From: Candidatus Saccharimonadota bacterium
Lineage (GTDB): Bacteria > Patescibacteriota > Saccharimonadia > CAILAD01 > GCA-016700035
Reading direction: 5' to 3'
Assembly: GCA_046350755.1 (NCBI GenBank)
Contig: JAXLZV010000001.1
Coordinates: 340,790-404,789 of the forward strand
Length of the DNA stretch: 64,000 nucleotides
Shown here: piece after piece, positions 44,734 to 53,765 of the stretch
How positions within the stretch are numbered: position 1 is the first letter of the stretch
Layout: every line of letters starts with the position of its first letter
Notes under the pieces: model-generated
What the model saw: the letters and a program-made list of their open reading frames with translations, nothing else
Database searches by the model: none
What the model was told of the DNA's origin: nothing
Position numbers and translations under genes: made by a program

Positions 44734-45144
44734 ATGAAAAAAGTTCTCATTACTCTGGCCGTCATACTCGGACTTACCGCCTTGGGCTATGGCGTCTACG
44801 CCCTCACGCGCTCCCAAACTGCCGCAACCTCACCAGCCCCTCTCAGTTCCTCCGTCTCAACAAACTCAAGTGCAGCGAGTAATTCACCTCAACCGAGTAG
44901 CGCCTCAAAAACCATCACTACGTCAGAGCTCGCGAAAAATAATGGGAAAAATGGTGTTCCCTGCTGGGTCGCTGTTAATGGTACAGTCTATAACGTGACC
45001 GGCAGTAAAGAATGGGTCAACGGCGAGCATGTTCCGTCAAATGGCCAAGCCAAATGCGGCCGAGACGAATCGAGCTCAATCGGTCAATCACCACATGGCA
45101 CCAGCGTGCTGGCCAAGTTGCCGGTGATCGGCACACTACAGTAA
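44734..45144 (+). CDS. secreted cytochrome b5-like heme/steroid-binding domain protein
   Basis: Signal peptide, Ser-rich linker, ELAKNNGKNGVPCWVAVNGTVYNVTG... Confidence 0.6.
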   Translation: MKKVLITLAVILGLTALGYGVYALTRSQTAATSPAPLSSSVSTNSSAASNSPQPSSASKTITTSELAKNNGKNGVPCWVAVNGTVYNVTGSKEWVNGEHVPSNGQAKCGRDESSSIGQSPHGTSVLAKLPVIGTLQ

Positions 45145-45222
45145 ATTACCTCCGCGAGGTCTAGCCATTTACCAGATAGAGTGGTAAAATATGGCGGTCG
45201 TTTGACAGTCCGAACATGCCAT

Positions 45223-45297
45223 GCGGGTATGGTATAAAGATTATTATTCCTGCCTTCCAAGCAGGCGATGCGGGTTTGATTCCCGCTACCCGCTCCA
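45223..45297 (+). tRNA. tRNA-Gly (anticodon TCC)
   Basis: GCGGGTATGGTATAAAGATTATTATTCCTGCCTTCCAAGCAGG...GGTTTGATTCCCGCTACCCGCTCCA. Confidence 0.85.
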
Positions 45298-45395
45298 GTC
45301 ATTATTTGCCCATGTCGTCCACGAGCGTGGGCGATTTTTTTTACAAATGGGAAAGGCCCCCTTGCGGGGGCCGTGGATAGGACCGAGAATGAGCA

Positions 45396-45830
45396 CTAAC
45401 TGCTCTTCTTTTTCTTGGGAGCGAGAGGCACGATGAGTGCCTTCCACATCAGCCACAGTGCGGCGACTGCGATTGCCAAGGAGAAGAGCTGTACCCGGAA
45501 TGCCGGGCTGACCACCGCCAAGAAGACGAGGTAGCCGACGATGAGCACCGTCACGAGTTGGACGATGTTTCGAGGGTGGGACAGCCAACGGCCGACGAAG
45601 CGCGTGATCTCACGGAGATAGACTCCGGTAGCCACGGTGCAGGCGACGATGGCGAGTGCGCCCCAGGCTGGCGCCGTGGTTGCCACGAGTAGCCAGACGA
45701 AGCTGACCACTGAAGCTGAACCCACGATGATCCAACTGATCCACCAGCGATTGGGCTGGGGGTCGCGCTCACTGATGAGGCGAGCGACGAGTCCGGCCAA
45801 GCCGGTGAGAACGAGCAGGAACGCGATCAT
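45396..45830 (-). CDS. GC-rich membrane protein
   Basis: 144 aa with 4 TM helices. Higher GC than surroundings. Confidence 0.4.
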   Translation of the reverse strand: MIAFLLVLTGLAGLVARLISERDPQPNRWWISWIIVGSASVVSFVWLLVATTAPAWGALAIVACTVATGVYLREITRFVGRWLSHPRNIVQLVTVLIVGYLVFLAVVSPAFRVQLFSLAIAVAALWLMWKALIVPLAPKKKKSS

Positions 45831-45995
45831 GTATCCCTCCCGGGGAGTGTAGTGAAGGTCCTAACTGTTTTATAGCATATTTTTACTATTTTGTCAATGT
45901 ATTTTATTGATTTATCAGGTTAACGATGCTATTATATGTCAGCTTAGCGTTAGGAATCGTTGCGACGCAACGGCATGAATCTGTGAACTTTTTGA

Positions 45996-46072
45996 GCCCC
46001 GGTAGCTCAGTTGGATAGAGCAGTGGACTTCTAAGCCAATGGTCGTAGGTTCAAATCCTACCCGGGGCACCA
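45996..46072 (+). tRNA. tRNA-Arg (anticodon TCT)
   Basis: GCCCCGGTAGCTCAGTTGGATAGAGCAGTGGACTTCTAAGCCAATGG...GGTTCAAATCCTACCCGGGGCACCA. The anticodon stem has two terminal mismatches. Confidence 0.7.
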
Positions 46073-46082
46073 AAAGCATTAT

Positions 46083-46160
46083 GGTGGGTGTAGCTCAGTT
46101 GGTTAGAGCGCCGGGTTGTGGTCCCGGAGGTCGTGGGTTCGAGCCCCATCACTCACCCCA
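46083..46160 (+). tRNA. tRNA-His (anticodon GTG) with encoded G-1
   Basis: G-GTGGGTGTAGCTCAGTTGGTTAGAGCGCCGGGTTGTGGTCCCGG...CCCCATCACTCAC-C-CCA. G-1:C73 is the His identity element. Confidence 0.85.
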
Positions 46161-46166
46161 TACGAG

Positions 46167-46193
46167 AAATCTCAGCTCAAAGCTGAGATTTTT
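46167..46193 (+). terminator. terminator after tRNA-Arg/His pair
   Basis: ATCTCAGC-tcaaa-GCTGAGAT then TTTTT. Confidence 0.7.
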
Positions 46194-46328
46194 GTTTATA
46201 CTAAAGCTCATGACACGAAAACGTAAAACCGCTTCGTCGCAGGTCGGCTGGCCCCTGCTAATTATAGCTATGCTCGTCTACGCCGCAATGAGCGCGCTGA
46301 TGTGGTGGCTCTTACTGAGCGACTGAGA

Positions 46329-47096
46329 TTAATCCGCCCGGCGCACTAGCGGTGCGAGCCAACGCCGCGGCACGAACCGACTGAGAAAAATACTCAACTT
46401 ATTCCGCCAGCCGGGGATAATGATGAGCTTACCACGGCTTACGCCGCGATACGCTGCTTCGGCGACATCACGAGCATCGCCCGCTCGCCCAAAAAACCGG
46501 CTGCGCCCAGCGTGGGCATGCGACTGAAACATCGTCTTCGTCGGCCCTGGGCACAACACCGATACCTGTACCCCTTTCGGCCGCAGCTCTTCCGCCGCCG
46601 CTAGCGTCAAACTCAAGACATAGGCCTTCGTTGCATAATACACGTCCATATGTACACCCGGGAAAAAGGCAGCGATCGAGGCGACATTCAGTATCTTGCC
46701 ACTACCCCGCTTCGCCATCTCTGCACCATAGACCTTTGTCATCTCAGTCAGAACTGTGCAATTTAACTGAATCATCTCGGCTTCACGCGCCATATCGGTC
46801 GCGATCAGTTCGCCATATTCACCAAAGCCAGCATTATTAATCACGACATCTATCGTTAAGCCAGCCGCGCGAACTGCCTTGCGGATTTTTTCAACAGAGC
46901 CAGGGCTAGTCAGATCTAGGTGAAGTGGCCAAGCCTTTACGCCGTATTGATGCTCAATATTAGTCGCCACCCGACGCAACCGCTCTTCTTCACGCGCCAC
47001 GAGAAAGACATTATTCCCCTCCCGAGCAAAAACATGTGCCATTTCCATGCCGATGCCCGATGAGGCTCCGGTGATAAGTATAGTCTGCGGTTTCAT
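46329..47096 (-). CDS. short-chain dehydrogenase/reductase (SDR) family oxidoreductase
   Basis: TGASSGIG Rossmann motif and NNAG. Start chosen at MKPQTILITG. Confidence 0.8.
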   Translation of the reverse strand: MKPQTILITGASSGIGMEMAHVFAREGNNVFLVAREEERLRRVATNIEHQYGVKAWPLHLDLTSPGSVEKIRKAVRAAGLTIDVVINNAGFGEYGELIATDMAREAEMIQLNCTVLTEMTKVYGAEMAKRGSGKILNVASIAAFFPGVHMDVYYATKAYVLSLTLAAAEELRPKGVQVSVLCPGPTKTMFQSHAHAGRSRFFGRAGDARDVAEAAYRGVSRGKLIIIPGWRNKLSIFLSRFVPRRWLAPLVRRAD

Positions 47097-47163
47097 AATT
47101 TCATTATACCTGTCGGATATTGTTTTCACATCTGTTCACGTATAGTATTAAAGCAAAAGCATT

Positions 47164-48462
47164 ATGGAACAAATTGAACATCGCTGGAAAAAGACTAAGC
47201 GCTTCCTGAAACGACTCGGTCCGGGTATCGTTACCGGTGCAGCTGACGATGATCCGTCAGGGATAGCTACATACTCTCAAGCCGGAGCCGCTTTTGGCTT
47301 CCACATGATCTGGATGACCTTGTACATGCTACCGATGATGGTATCAGTGCAGGAGATCTCGGGGCGCATCGGGCTCGTGACAGGTAAAGGACTCGCAGCC
47401 GTCATAAAGAAAAACTACAACCGCTGGATCCTCTACTTTGCGGTCTTCTTCCTAGTATTCGCAAATGTAATTAACATCGGCGCTGATATTGGTGCCATGG
47501 CATCATCGGCCCAACTACTTTTTCCATCTGTCCCCTTTGTCTGGCTAACTATCTTCTTTAGCGTTGGTGTTGCACTCCTAGAAATCATCATTCCATATCG
47601 ACGCTACAGCAAAATACTGAAGTGGCTCGCCATCTCACTCTTCGCCTACGTCATCACCGCCTTTGTCGTCACGCAACCGTGGATGGACATTTTCAAGCAC
47701 CTGCTTATTCCGACCATTGAATTTACGCCAGCGTTCATTGTGACGATGGTTGCCGTACTAGGTACCACTATCTCACCTTACTTGTTTTTCTGGGAGCCGA
47801 GCCAGGAAGTCGAAGAAGAAATCCGCCACGGCTGGCTACGCATCACGAAGAATAAAAAGCCCGATATGACCGAGCGTCGAGTCACTGGTTTCCGGAAAGA
47901 CAATCTTACTGGCATGTTGTTTTCAGAGATGACGGCTTTTTTCATTATGGTGACGGCAGCATCGACTCTGCATGTTCAGGGCATCACTGACATTCCGAAT
48001 GCTGCCGCGGCGGCAAAAGCCATCGAACCGCTTGTACAAACTTTTCCTTACGCTGGCCAGATAGCAAAAACGATCTTCGCCCTCGGTATCATCGGCACAG
48101 GACTGCTGGCAATACCGGTCCTCGCCGGCTCGACAGCCTACGCCGTGAGTGAAGCCGTGGGCATAAAAGAGGGATTGTTCCGTAAGGCTGCCCGCGCAAA
48201 GGGCTTTTACATCATTATCGCCGGCGCAACTATCGGTGGCCTACTTATTAACTTCATCCAAATCGATCCTATCAAAGCCCTCTTCTGGTCGGCCGTCGTC
48301 AACGGCGTTCTCGCGGTGCCACTCATCGCCATCATCATCAAGATCGGTAGCAATCGCAAAATTATGGGTAAGTATACGACGCGCCCGCTCGTCAATCTCT
48401 TCGCCCGCATCACCTTCGTCGTGATGGCCTGCGCTGCCCTAGCAATGATTTTTGTTCACTAA
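47164..48462 (+). CDS. mntH: NRAMP-family divalent metal transporter
   Basis: GPGIVTGAADDDPSGIATYSQAG and a multi-TM layout typical of MntH. Confidence 0.85.
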   Translation: MEQIEHRWKKTKRFLKRLGPGIVTGAADDDPSGIATYSQAGAAFGFHMIWMTLYMLPMMVSVQEISGRIGLVTGKGLAAVIKKNYNRWILYFAVFFLVFANVINIGADIGAMASSAQLLFPSVPFVWLTIFFSVGVALLEIIIPYRRYSKILKWLAISLFAYVITAFVVTQPWMDIFKHLLIPTIEFTPAFIVTMVAVLGTTISPYLFFWEPSQEVEEEIRHGWLRITKNKKPDMTERRVTGFRKDNLTGMLFSEMTAFFIMVTAASTLHVQGITDIPNAAAAAKAIEPLVQTFPYAGQIAKTIFALGIIGTGLLAIPVLAGSTAYAVSEAVGIKEGLFRKAARAKGFYIIIAGATIGGLLINFIQIDPIKALFWSAVVNGVLAVPLIAIIIKIGSNRKIMGKYTTRPLVNLFARITFVVMACAALAMIFVH

Positions 48463-48752
48463 CGAGAACTATTAACGCGGCGCTTAAACTCCGTGCCAGC
48501 CTTAAAATGTGGCGTTTTCGTGGCTTTGACATTAAGCTTCTCACCGGTATTTGGGTTGATACCGCGACGAGCTTTGCGGCTATGCAGTTCAAAGCTGCCG
48601 AAGCCGGACAGCATCACTTCACCGCCTGAGGCGACAGTCGCCTGAATAAGCTCAAGCTGCGCCTCTACTAAGGCTGCTACTTCGCGCTGAGTCAGCCCAG
48701 TCTGCTCGGCGAGCTGGCGAATGAGCATAGGTTTGGTAAGCTTCGACGCCAC
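48459..48752 (-). CDS. hup: HU-family DNA-binding protein
   Basis: GFGSFELHSRKARRGINPNTGEKL beta-arm motif. Confidence 0.85.
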   Translation of the reverse strand: MASKLTKPMLIRQLAEQTGLTQREVAALVEAQLELIQATVASGGEVMLSGFGSFELHSRKARRGINPNTGEKLNVKATKTPHFKAGTEFKRRVNSSR

Positions 48753-49552
48753 TAGACTTCCACCTCGCGAATGATCTGCTTGATCATGCGAGCTTTTTGG
48801 GTGGTGGTATCGATATCAATCAGTACGCTCGCGAATGTCACCGTACCAGTCATTGGTGTCTCATGTCGTCTAGGCTCATCGGTGAGCCAGCGGTGTAGAA
48901 TAATGTCCTTCTTCACGCCGAGTACCGTACCAGCCGGCCCAGTCATTCCAACGTCTGAAATAGCTGCCGTGCCACCGGGTAGAATACGGGCGTCGGCCGT
49001 TGGCACATGAGTGTGGGTCCCGACAACAACGCTGACTCGCCCATCGAAGTGATAGGCACTCGCAACTTTCTCGCTCGTTAAATCTCCGTGCAGATCGATC
49101 AGGCTCCCGGCTGTTGCTTCGTGGCCGTGGGCTTCAAGGATTTTGTCGGCAACGTGAAGTGGATGCTCGAGCTCCGACTGATCAGCCCCGTAGCGTGTGC
49201 CTTCGATCGAGATGAGCAGGAACTTACCATACGGGGTATCGATCAGTAACCAACCACGGCCTGGTCGATCGGTCGGATAATTCGCTGGTCGCAAAACTGG
49301 CACTGATGGGTCATCAAAATAGCTATTGAAAACAGCTTTCTTAAAACTATGATTACCACCGGTAAAAGCATCGACCCCACTCTCCAGCAGTTCGCGTACA
49401 GCTTTGATCGTCAGGCCATTACCAGTCGTCATGTTTTCCGACTGGGCGATCACGAGATCGATGCCGAGCTCCTCGCGCAAGTCAGGCAAGAGCTTCTGCG
49501 TCGCTCGACGTCCAATGCGCGCTACAATATCGCCGATGAAGAGGACTTTCAT
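48752..49552 (-). CDS. YmdB-like metallophosphoesterase (TIGR00282 family)
   Basis: MKVLFIGDIVARIGR...GNHSF...GTHTHVPTAD. Confidence 0.8.
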   Translation of the reverse strand: MKVLFIGDIVARIGRRATQKLLPDLREELGIDLVIAQSENMTTGNGLTIKAVRELLESGVDAFTGGNHSFKKAVFNSYFDDPSVPVLRPANYPTDRPGRGWLLIDTPYGKFLLISIEGTRYGADQSELEHPLHVADKILEAHGHEATAGSLIDLHGDLTSEKVASAYHFDGRVSVVVGTHTHVPTADARILPGGTAAISDVGMTGPAGTVLGVKKDIILHRWLTDEPRRHETPMTGTVTFASVLIDIDTTTQKARMIKQIIREVEV

Positions 49553-49905
49553 CGCAGATACTTCCTGAGTTGCTCCCGATACTTTTGCGTATCACTGCAT
49601 GATTCATAATCATTGGCGCGCGCGTTTTGTGGTGGGTCATCGCAACTCATAGAGAGCCTAATACGCTCAATGGTCGGCAATTCACCGCGCGCCAACTCAG
49701 GATAGCTACAGTAGATATCTGTTTCGCGCACATCCGCTGTAATTCTATCGCAATCGAACTGCTTGCGAATCTGCTCGTCAGTTTTTCTACCAAAATTTAT
49801 ATTTGTACCAGTCTTAGTGCCAAAAGCAAGAAAAATGAGCAAAGCAGCTATCGCTAGAAAAGCAAGAATAACTAACAACGTGACAACTTGTTTTGACCCC
49901 TTCAT
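49549..49905 (-). CDS. membrane-anchored Cys-containing hypothetical protein
   Basis: N-terminal TM; 6 Cys in the ectodomain. Confidence 0.4.
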   Translation of the reverse strand: MKGSKQVVTLLVILAFLAIAALLIFLAFGTKTGTNINFGRKTDEQIRKQFDCDRITADVRETDIYCSYPELARGELPTIERIRLSMSCDDPPQNARANDYESCSDTQKYREQLRKYLR

Positions 49906-51420
49906 CTATTTGGCATACTCCTCGGCCCGTGTCTCGCGGATGACATTCACCTTAATCGTACCCGGATATTTCAGTGTGGCTTCGATTTTGGTGGCGATAT
50001 CACGGGCGAGTTTGATAGCCGAAAGATCATCGATCTCTGCTGGACGAACAAAGACGCGAATCTCGCGACCGGCTGACATGGCATAGGTTTTCTCAAGACC
50101 CGGGAAAGTCTTGGCGATGTTCTCGAGGTCAGTCATGCGCTTGGCAAAATTCTCGACCGAATCACCACGCGCACCTGGCCGTCCGGCGCTCAAGGCATCA
50201 ACCGCGCGGACGATCACCGCCTCAGGTGTGGTGGCTTCGATGTCGTCGTGATGAGCTTCAGCCGCGTGAATCGTCGGCTCATCCAAGCCATACTTTTCGA
50301 GTAGTACGCGCGTCAGGTGGTGGTGCTTACCTTCCATCTCATGCGTAACGGCTTTACCGAGATCATGCAGATAGGCCGCTCGACGAGTGACGCGCACGTC
50401 GGCGCCAACTTCTTCGGCGATCATGGCAGCAAGATGTGCCATCTCAACTGAGTGCTGCAAAACATTCTGCGAGTAGCTCGTACGAAACTTCATCGAACCC
50501 ATCAATCGAACAATCTCTGGCGGTAAACCGACGACGCCAGCTTCCCGCCCGGCCTCTTCACCGGCTTTTTTGATCTCATCCTCAATATCATTCTGAGCTT
50601 TTTTGACGACCTCTTCGATGCGGGCTGGATGAATGCGCCCATCCTTAATCAACCGCTCCATAGCTACCCGAGCAACCTGGCGCCGAATCGGATCAAAGCC
50701 GGAAAGCACCACCACGCCAGGCGTTTCATCGACCAGAATATCCACGCCGGTCGCCCGTTCGAGCGCCTGAATGTTGCGACCCTCCTTACCGATGATCCGG
50801 CCTTTCACGTCATCACTCGGTAGCGCCACCGTCGTAACCACCCGTTCTGTCGCCACTTCGGTCGCCATCCGCTCCATCGCCTCAACCATGATTTCCGAGG
50901 CATTATGATCGGCTGTTTCCTTGGCTTCACGCTTGCGCTTTTCAATGTATTCGGCCAAATCATGTTTGATCTCTTTCTCGGTCATCTCCATGATTTTCTT
51001 GGTCGCGTCAGCTTTTTTGAGTTTGGCGATTTTCTCAAGATTTTCTTCTTGCTTCGCCCGGATGGCTCGCAGCTCATCCTTGATAGCTTCGATCTCTTTT
51101 TCTGAACTTTTCAGCGCGTCGCTCTTGCGTTCCAGCTCGGAAAACTTCGCGTCCAATGACGCCTCGCGATTAGCCACCCGCTTTTCGGTTTCAGCCAGAC
51201 GATCCCGCACGCGCTTCTCTTCGGCCTTGGCTTCTTCATTTATCTTGACGGCTTCTTCTTTAGCCGCCAGCGTCACTTCTTTGGCTTTGGCTTTCGCGTC
51301 ATCGATGACTTTTTTGGCTTCTCCTTCGGCAGCCTTCGATGTGTTTTTATCGTATATCGTTTTAGCCCCCACGCCGGCGGCCAGTGCTACGACCGCAGCA
51401 ACTAGAGTAATTGGCTCCAT
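49906..51420 (-). CDS. rny: ribonuclease Y
   Basis: N-terminal TM, coiled-coil, KH domain (GRIIGKEGRNIQ), HD domain (HSVEMAHLAA...YLHDLGK). Confidence 0.85.
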   Translation of the reverse strand: MEPITLVAAVVALAAGVGAKTIYDKNTSKAAEGEAKKVIDDAKAKAKEVTLAAKEEAVKINEEAKAEEKRVRDRLAETEKRVANREASLDAKFSELERKSDALKSSEKEIEAIKDELRAIRAKQEENLEKIAKLKKADATKKIMEMTEKEIKHDLAEYIEKRKREAKETADHNASEIMVEAMERMATEVATERVVTTVALPSDDVKGRIIGKEGRNIQALERATGVDILVDETPGVVVLSGFDPIRRQVARVAMERLIKDGRIHPARIEEVVKKAQNDIEDEIKKAGEEAGREAGVVGLPPEIVRLMGSMKFRTSYSQNVLQHSVEMAHLAAMIAEEVGADVRVTRRAAYLHDLGKAVTHEMEGKHHHLTRVLLEKYGLDEPTIHAAEAHHDDIEATTPEAVIVRAVDALSAGRPGARGDSVENFAKRMTDLENIAKTFPGLEKTYAMSAGREIRVFVRPAEIDDLSAIKLARDIATKIEATLKYPGTIKVNVIRETRAEEYAK

Positions 51421-51580
51421 AGATCACCTCTTTCTTCCAGCTCTTGGCCGTCGGTGAGTCGCCAAGAGGTCAAAACTTAATGTGTTGTGTTTCGTAAATA
51501 AGCAAAAATTCCAGAATGTTCGGAATGTCTTTATTCTTCGCCTTTTTTGAGGTGAGTGCAAGTCAGGCTATACTAAGCCA

Positions 51581-52018
51581 ATGCAGGTTGGACCAGAAAT
51601 TCCAAATTCATACTATCGGGTCAGCGTGAAAGCCCTCATCACCGATCCGGAAGCCAGGGTCCTTGCCGTCAATGAACGAGGCACCGGCTGGGGTTTGCCA
51701 GGTGGCGGGCTTGATTGGGGAGAAAATGCCCATCAGGCTTTAGCACGAGAACTACAGGAAGAGCTTGGCTGTAATGCCGAGATAGAAAAGCAACCCGTAC
51801 TGATTGCGCCCGCTCATGCCCACTCACATAATCAGCACGTACTGTGGATCGTTTATAGGGCCCATATTGATCCAAAGCATATATCGGAGGTTACACAGGC
51901 CGATGATGTACGCTTCATGACCGTTCAAGAGCTCAAGGCTAAGGAAGAATATTACGAAGTTACGTGGGAAAGCCCGATCGACTTCTGGGCCGAACTCCAA
52001 GCTCTTATCGCAAGTTAA
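51581..52018 (+). CDS. Nudix hydrolase
   Basis: Nudix box GGGLDWGENAHQALARELQEELG. Confidence 0.8.
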   Translation: MQVGPEIPNSYYRVSVKALITDPEARVLAVNERGTGWGLPGGGLDWGENAHQALARELQEELGCNAEIEKQPVLIAPAHAHSHNQHVLWIVYRAHIDPKHISEVTQADDVRFMTVQELKAKEEYYEVTWESPIDFWAELQALIAS

Positions 52019-52890
52019 GAGCTATTTTTTGGCAAATACGGATATTTTTTATCCAGCTGCCTCGCGAGCCAGGGGCCGATATCATCACGCATAGCCGCGA
52101 AATCGGCTTCATCCTCAGCCGAAAAGAGGGCTTGAGTGAGTGCGCGACGCATCGCCGGCTCCTTTTCTGGATAGTGTTTTGAAAAAAGTTCGTAACAGGG
52201 ATAGAGGTCGCGCGTGTAGGCTTGCTCATCCTCCATGACGAGTTCCATTCCGGCACGTAAGATCTGCTTACCGAGCCATTTGGTTTTATGTTTGAGGGTT
52301 ATGTTTGGCTCGGTAAAATAATCGGGCTGGATTATTTTCTCGAAGTTCCAGCGCGCGATAAGAGCGCCCCGGCCTGGCTTCACTCTTTGCAGCTGGTCGG
52401 AGATGTCTTCGCCGGCAGCGCAAGCCGAGAGCGTTTTTATGAGAAAAGCCCGCACTTTCTGCTCACCATGCAACACTGAATCAACTGAAGCTTGTCCAAA
52501 ATCTACACCCATCACAAACGGATACTTGTCACGTAGATCAGTTGCAAATTGACGACGCCAGGACCAGTCAATGTCTTTTGGATCACCATTAACGAGTACC
52601 AAGCCGTCAATGTCAGATACACCTTCAACAGCGGTCCCGCGGACGAGCGAACCACGAATGTAGAGGCTGTGAAAGTTATCTCCCAGTTCAGATTGGAATT
52701 TCTCAATTAGCTCCTGGGCTGGCTCATCCCAGGGTGCACCGATATTCTCCATTAATGACTCACTCACGAGATAGCCTTCAGTGTCCGTACGCAGCACTTT
52801 GCCAATCTGCAAGATTCTCTGCTCACCTAAATCTTGCTGGACTTCATTCATACCACTAGGCACTTCTCCACCGCGCTCTGATTTATCCAT
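52015..52890 (-). CDS. nucleotidyltransferase-domain protein (ANT/AadA-like fold), function uncertain
   Basis: LYIRGSLVRGTAVEGVSDIDGLVLV matches the GS...DxD motif of the Pol-beta-type nucleotidyltransferase family. Confidence 0.5.
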   Translation of the reverse strand: MDKSERGGEVPSGMNEVQQDLGEQRILQIGKVLRTDTEGYLVSESLMENIGAPWDEPAQELIEKFQSELGDNFHSLYIRGSLVRGTAVEGVSDIDGLVLVNGDPKDIDWSWRRQFATDLRDKYPFVMGVDFGQASVDSVLHGEQKVRAFLIKTLSACAAGEDISDQLQRVKPGRGALIARWNFEKIIQPDYFTEPNITLKHKTKWLGKQILRAGMELVMEDEQAYTRDLYPCYELFSKHYPEKEPAMRRALTQALFSAEDEADFAAMRDDIGPWLARQLDKKYPYLPKNSS

Positions 52891-52893
52891 GAG

Positions 52894-53286
52894 TTACTCC
52901 TTGGGCCTCGTGATATTCGGCTCACGGTCGTAGGTTGGTACGACATAATCGCCCGGCTTGGCAGTTTTCAGCTTAGACAGTCCGTCAGTAATCCAATCCT
53001 GACCTTCGCCCGCAGCTATCGGAATGTTATTGGCATACGCCAGGGCATTCACCACCGTCGCACCGATGCGCAGGCCGGTGAACGAGCCAGCACCAGAAAA
53101 AACGATCAAGCCAGTTAGCTCCCGTGTGCTACTGTCCTGTTCGCTCAGGAACGTCTGTATGGTCGACACTAGCGTAGCGGCCAACTCACGATGGGCCACC
53201 CAGGTATGCTCGGCTATTGCTTTGCCGTCAGCAGCAAGTAAGTGTAACTCTGCTTCTGGCTTATCAGTGCGCAGTGTAAGAATCAT
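52894..53286 (-). CDS. tsaB: tRNA t6A biosynthesis protein TsaB (short form)
   Basis: N-terminal YeaZ-like fold (…GLIVFSGAGSFTGLRIGATVVNALAY…). 130 aa. Confidence 0.65.
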   Translation of the reverse strand: MILTLRTDKPEAELHLLAADGKAIAEHTWVAHRELAATLVSTIQTFLSEQDSSTRELTGLIVFSGAGSFTGLRIGATVVNALAYANNIPIAAGEGQDWITDGLSKLKTAKPGDYVVPTYDREPNITRPKE

Positions 53287-53765
53287 ACAGGTAGCTCCAA
53301 CTTAGCCAATCGTTGACGGGTTGATGGCCCAGTTCCCCGCAGCTCAATCCGGCGATTGTCGCCGTTCAAATAATGCACCTCAACGACAAACCGATCTGCC
53401 TGCAGGCTTTCGCGAAAGTGATCGGCCCACTCGACACAGATGATCGCATCACCAGCCTCGATAATCTCGCGCATTTCTTGCAGCAAAATCTCATCATCGC
53501 CCAGACGATATAGATCATAGTGCTCGAGCGTACCACCATTTGGAAGCTTATACGAACGCTGAATGTTATATGTTGGGCTAGTCACTGTCTGCTCGATACC
53601 CAGTCCCTGTGCGATGCCCTTGATAAGCGTCGTCTTACCACCACCGAGATCACCGACAAACTCCACGACGTCACCCAGCTGCAAGATGTGGCCAAGCCTA
53701 CTTCCCAGCGCCAAGCTTTGCTCGGAGCTTTGTGAAGAAACTGAGAATTTCTGGTCTGTACTCAT
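53283..53765 (-). CDS. tsaE: tRNA t6A biosynthesis ATPase TsaE
   Basis: GDLGGGKTTLIKGIAQGLG P-loop and ...YHYDLYRL. Confidence 0.8.
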   Translation of the reverse strand: MSTDQKFSVSSQSSEQSLALGSRLGHILQLGDVVEFVGDLGGGKTTLIKGIAQGLGIEQTVTSPTYNIQRSYKLPNGGTLEHYDLYRLGDDEILLQEMREIIEAGDAIICVEWADHFRESLQADRFVVEVHYLNGDNRRIELRGTGPSTRQRLAKLELPV

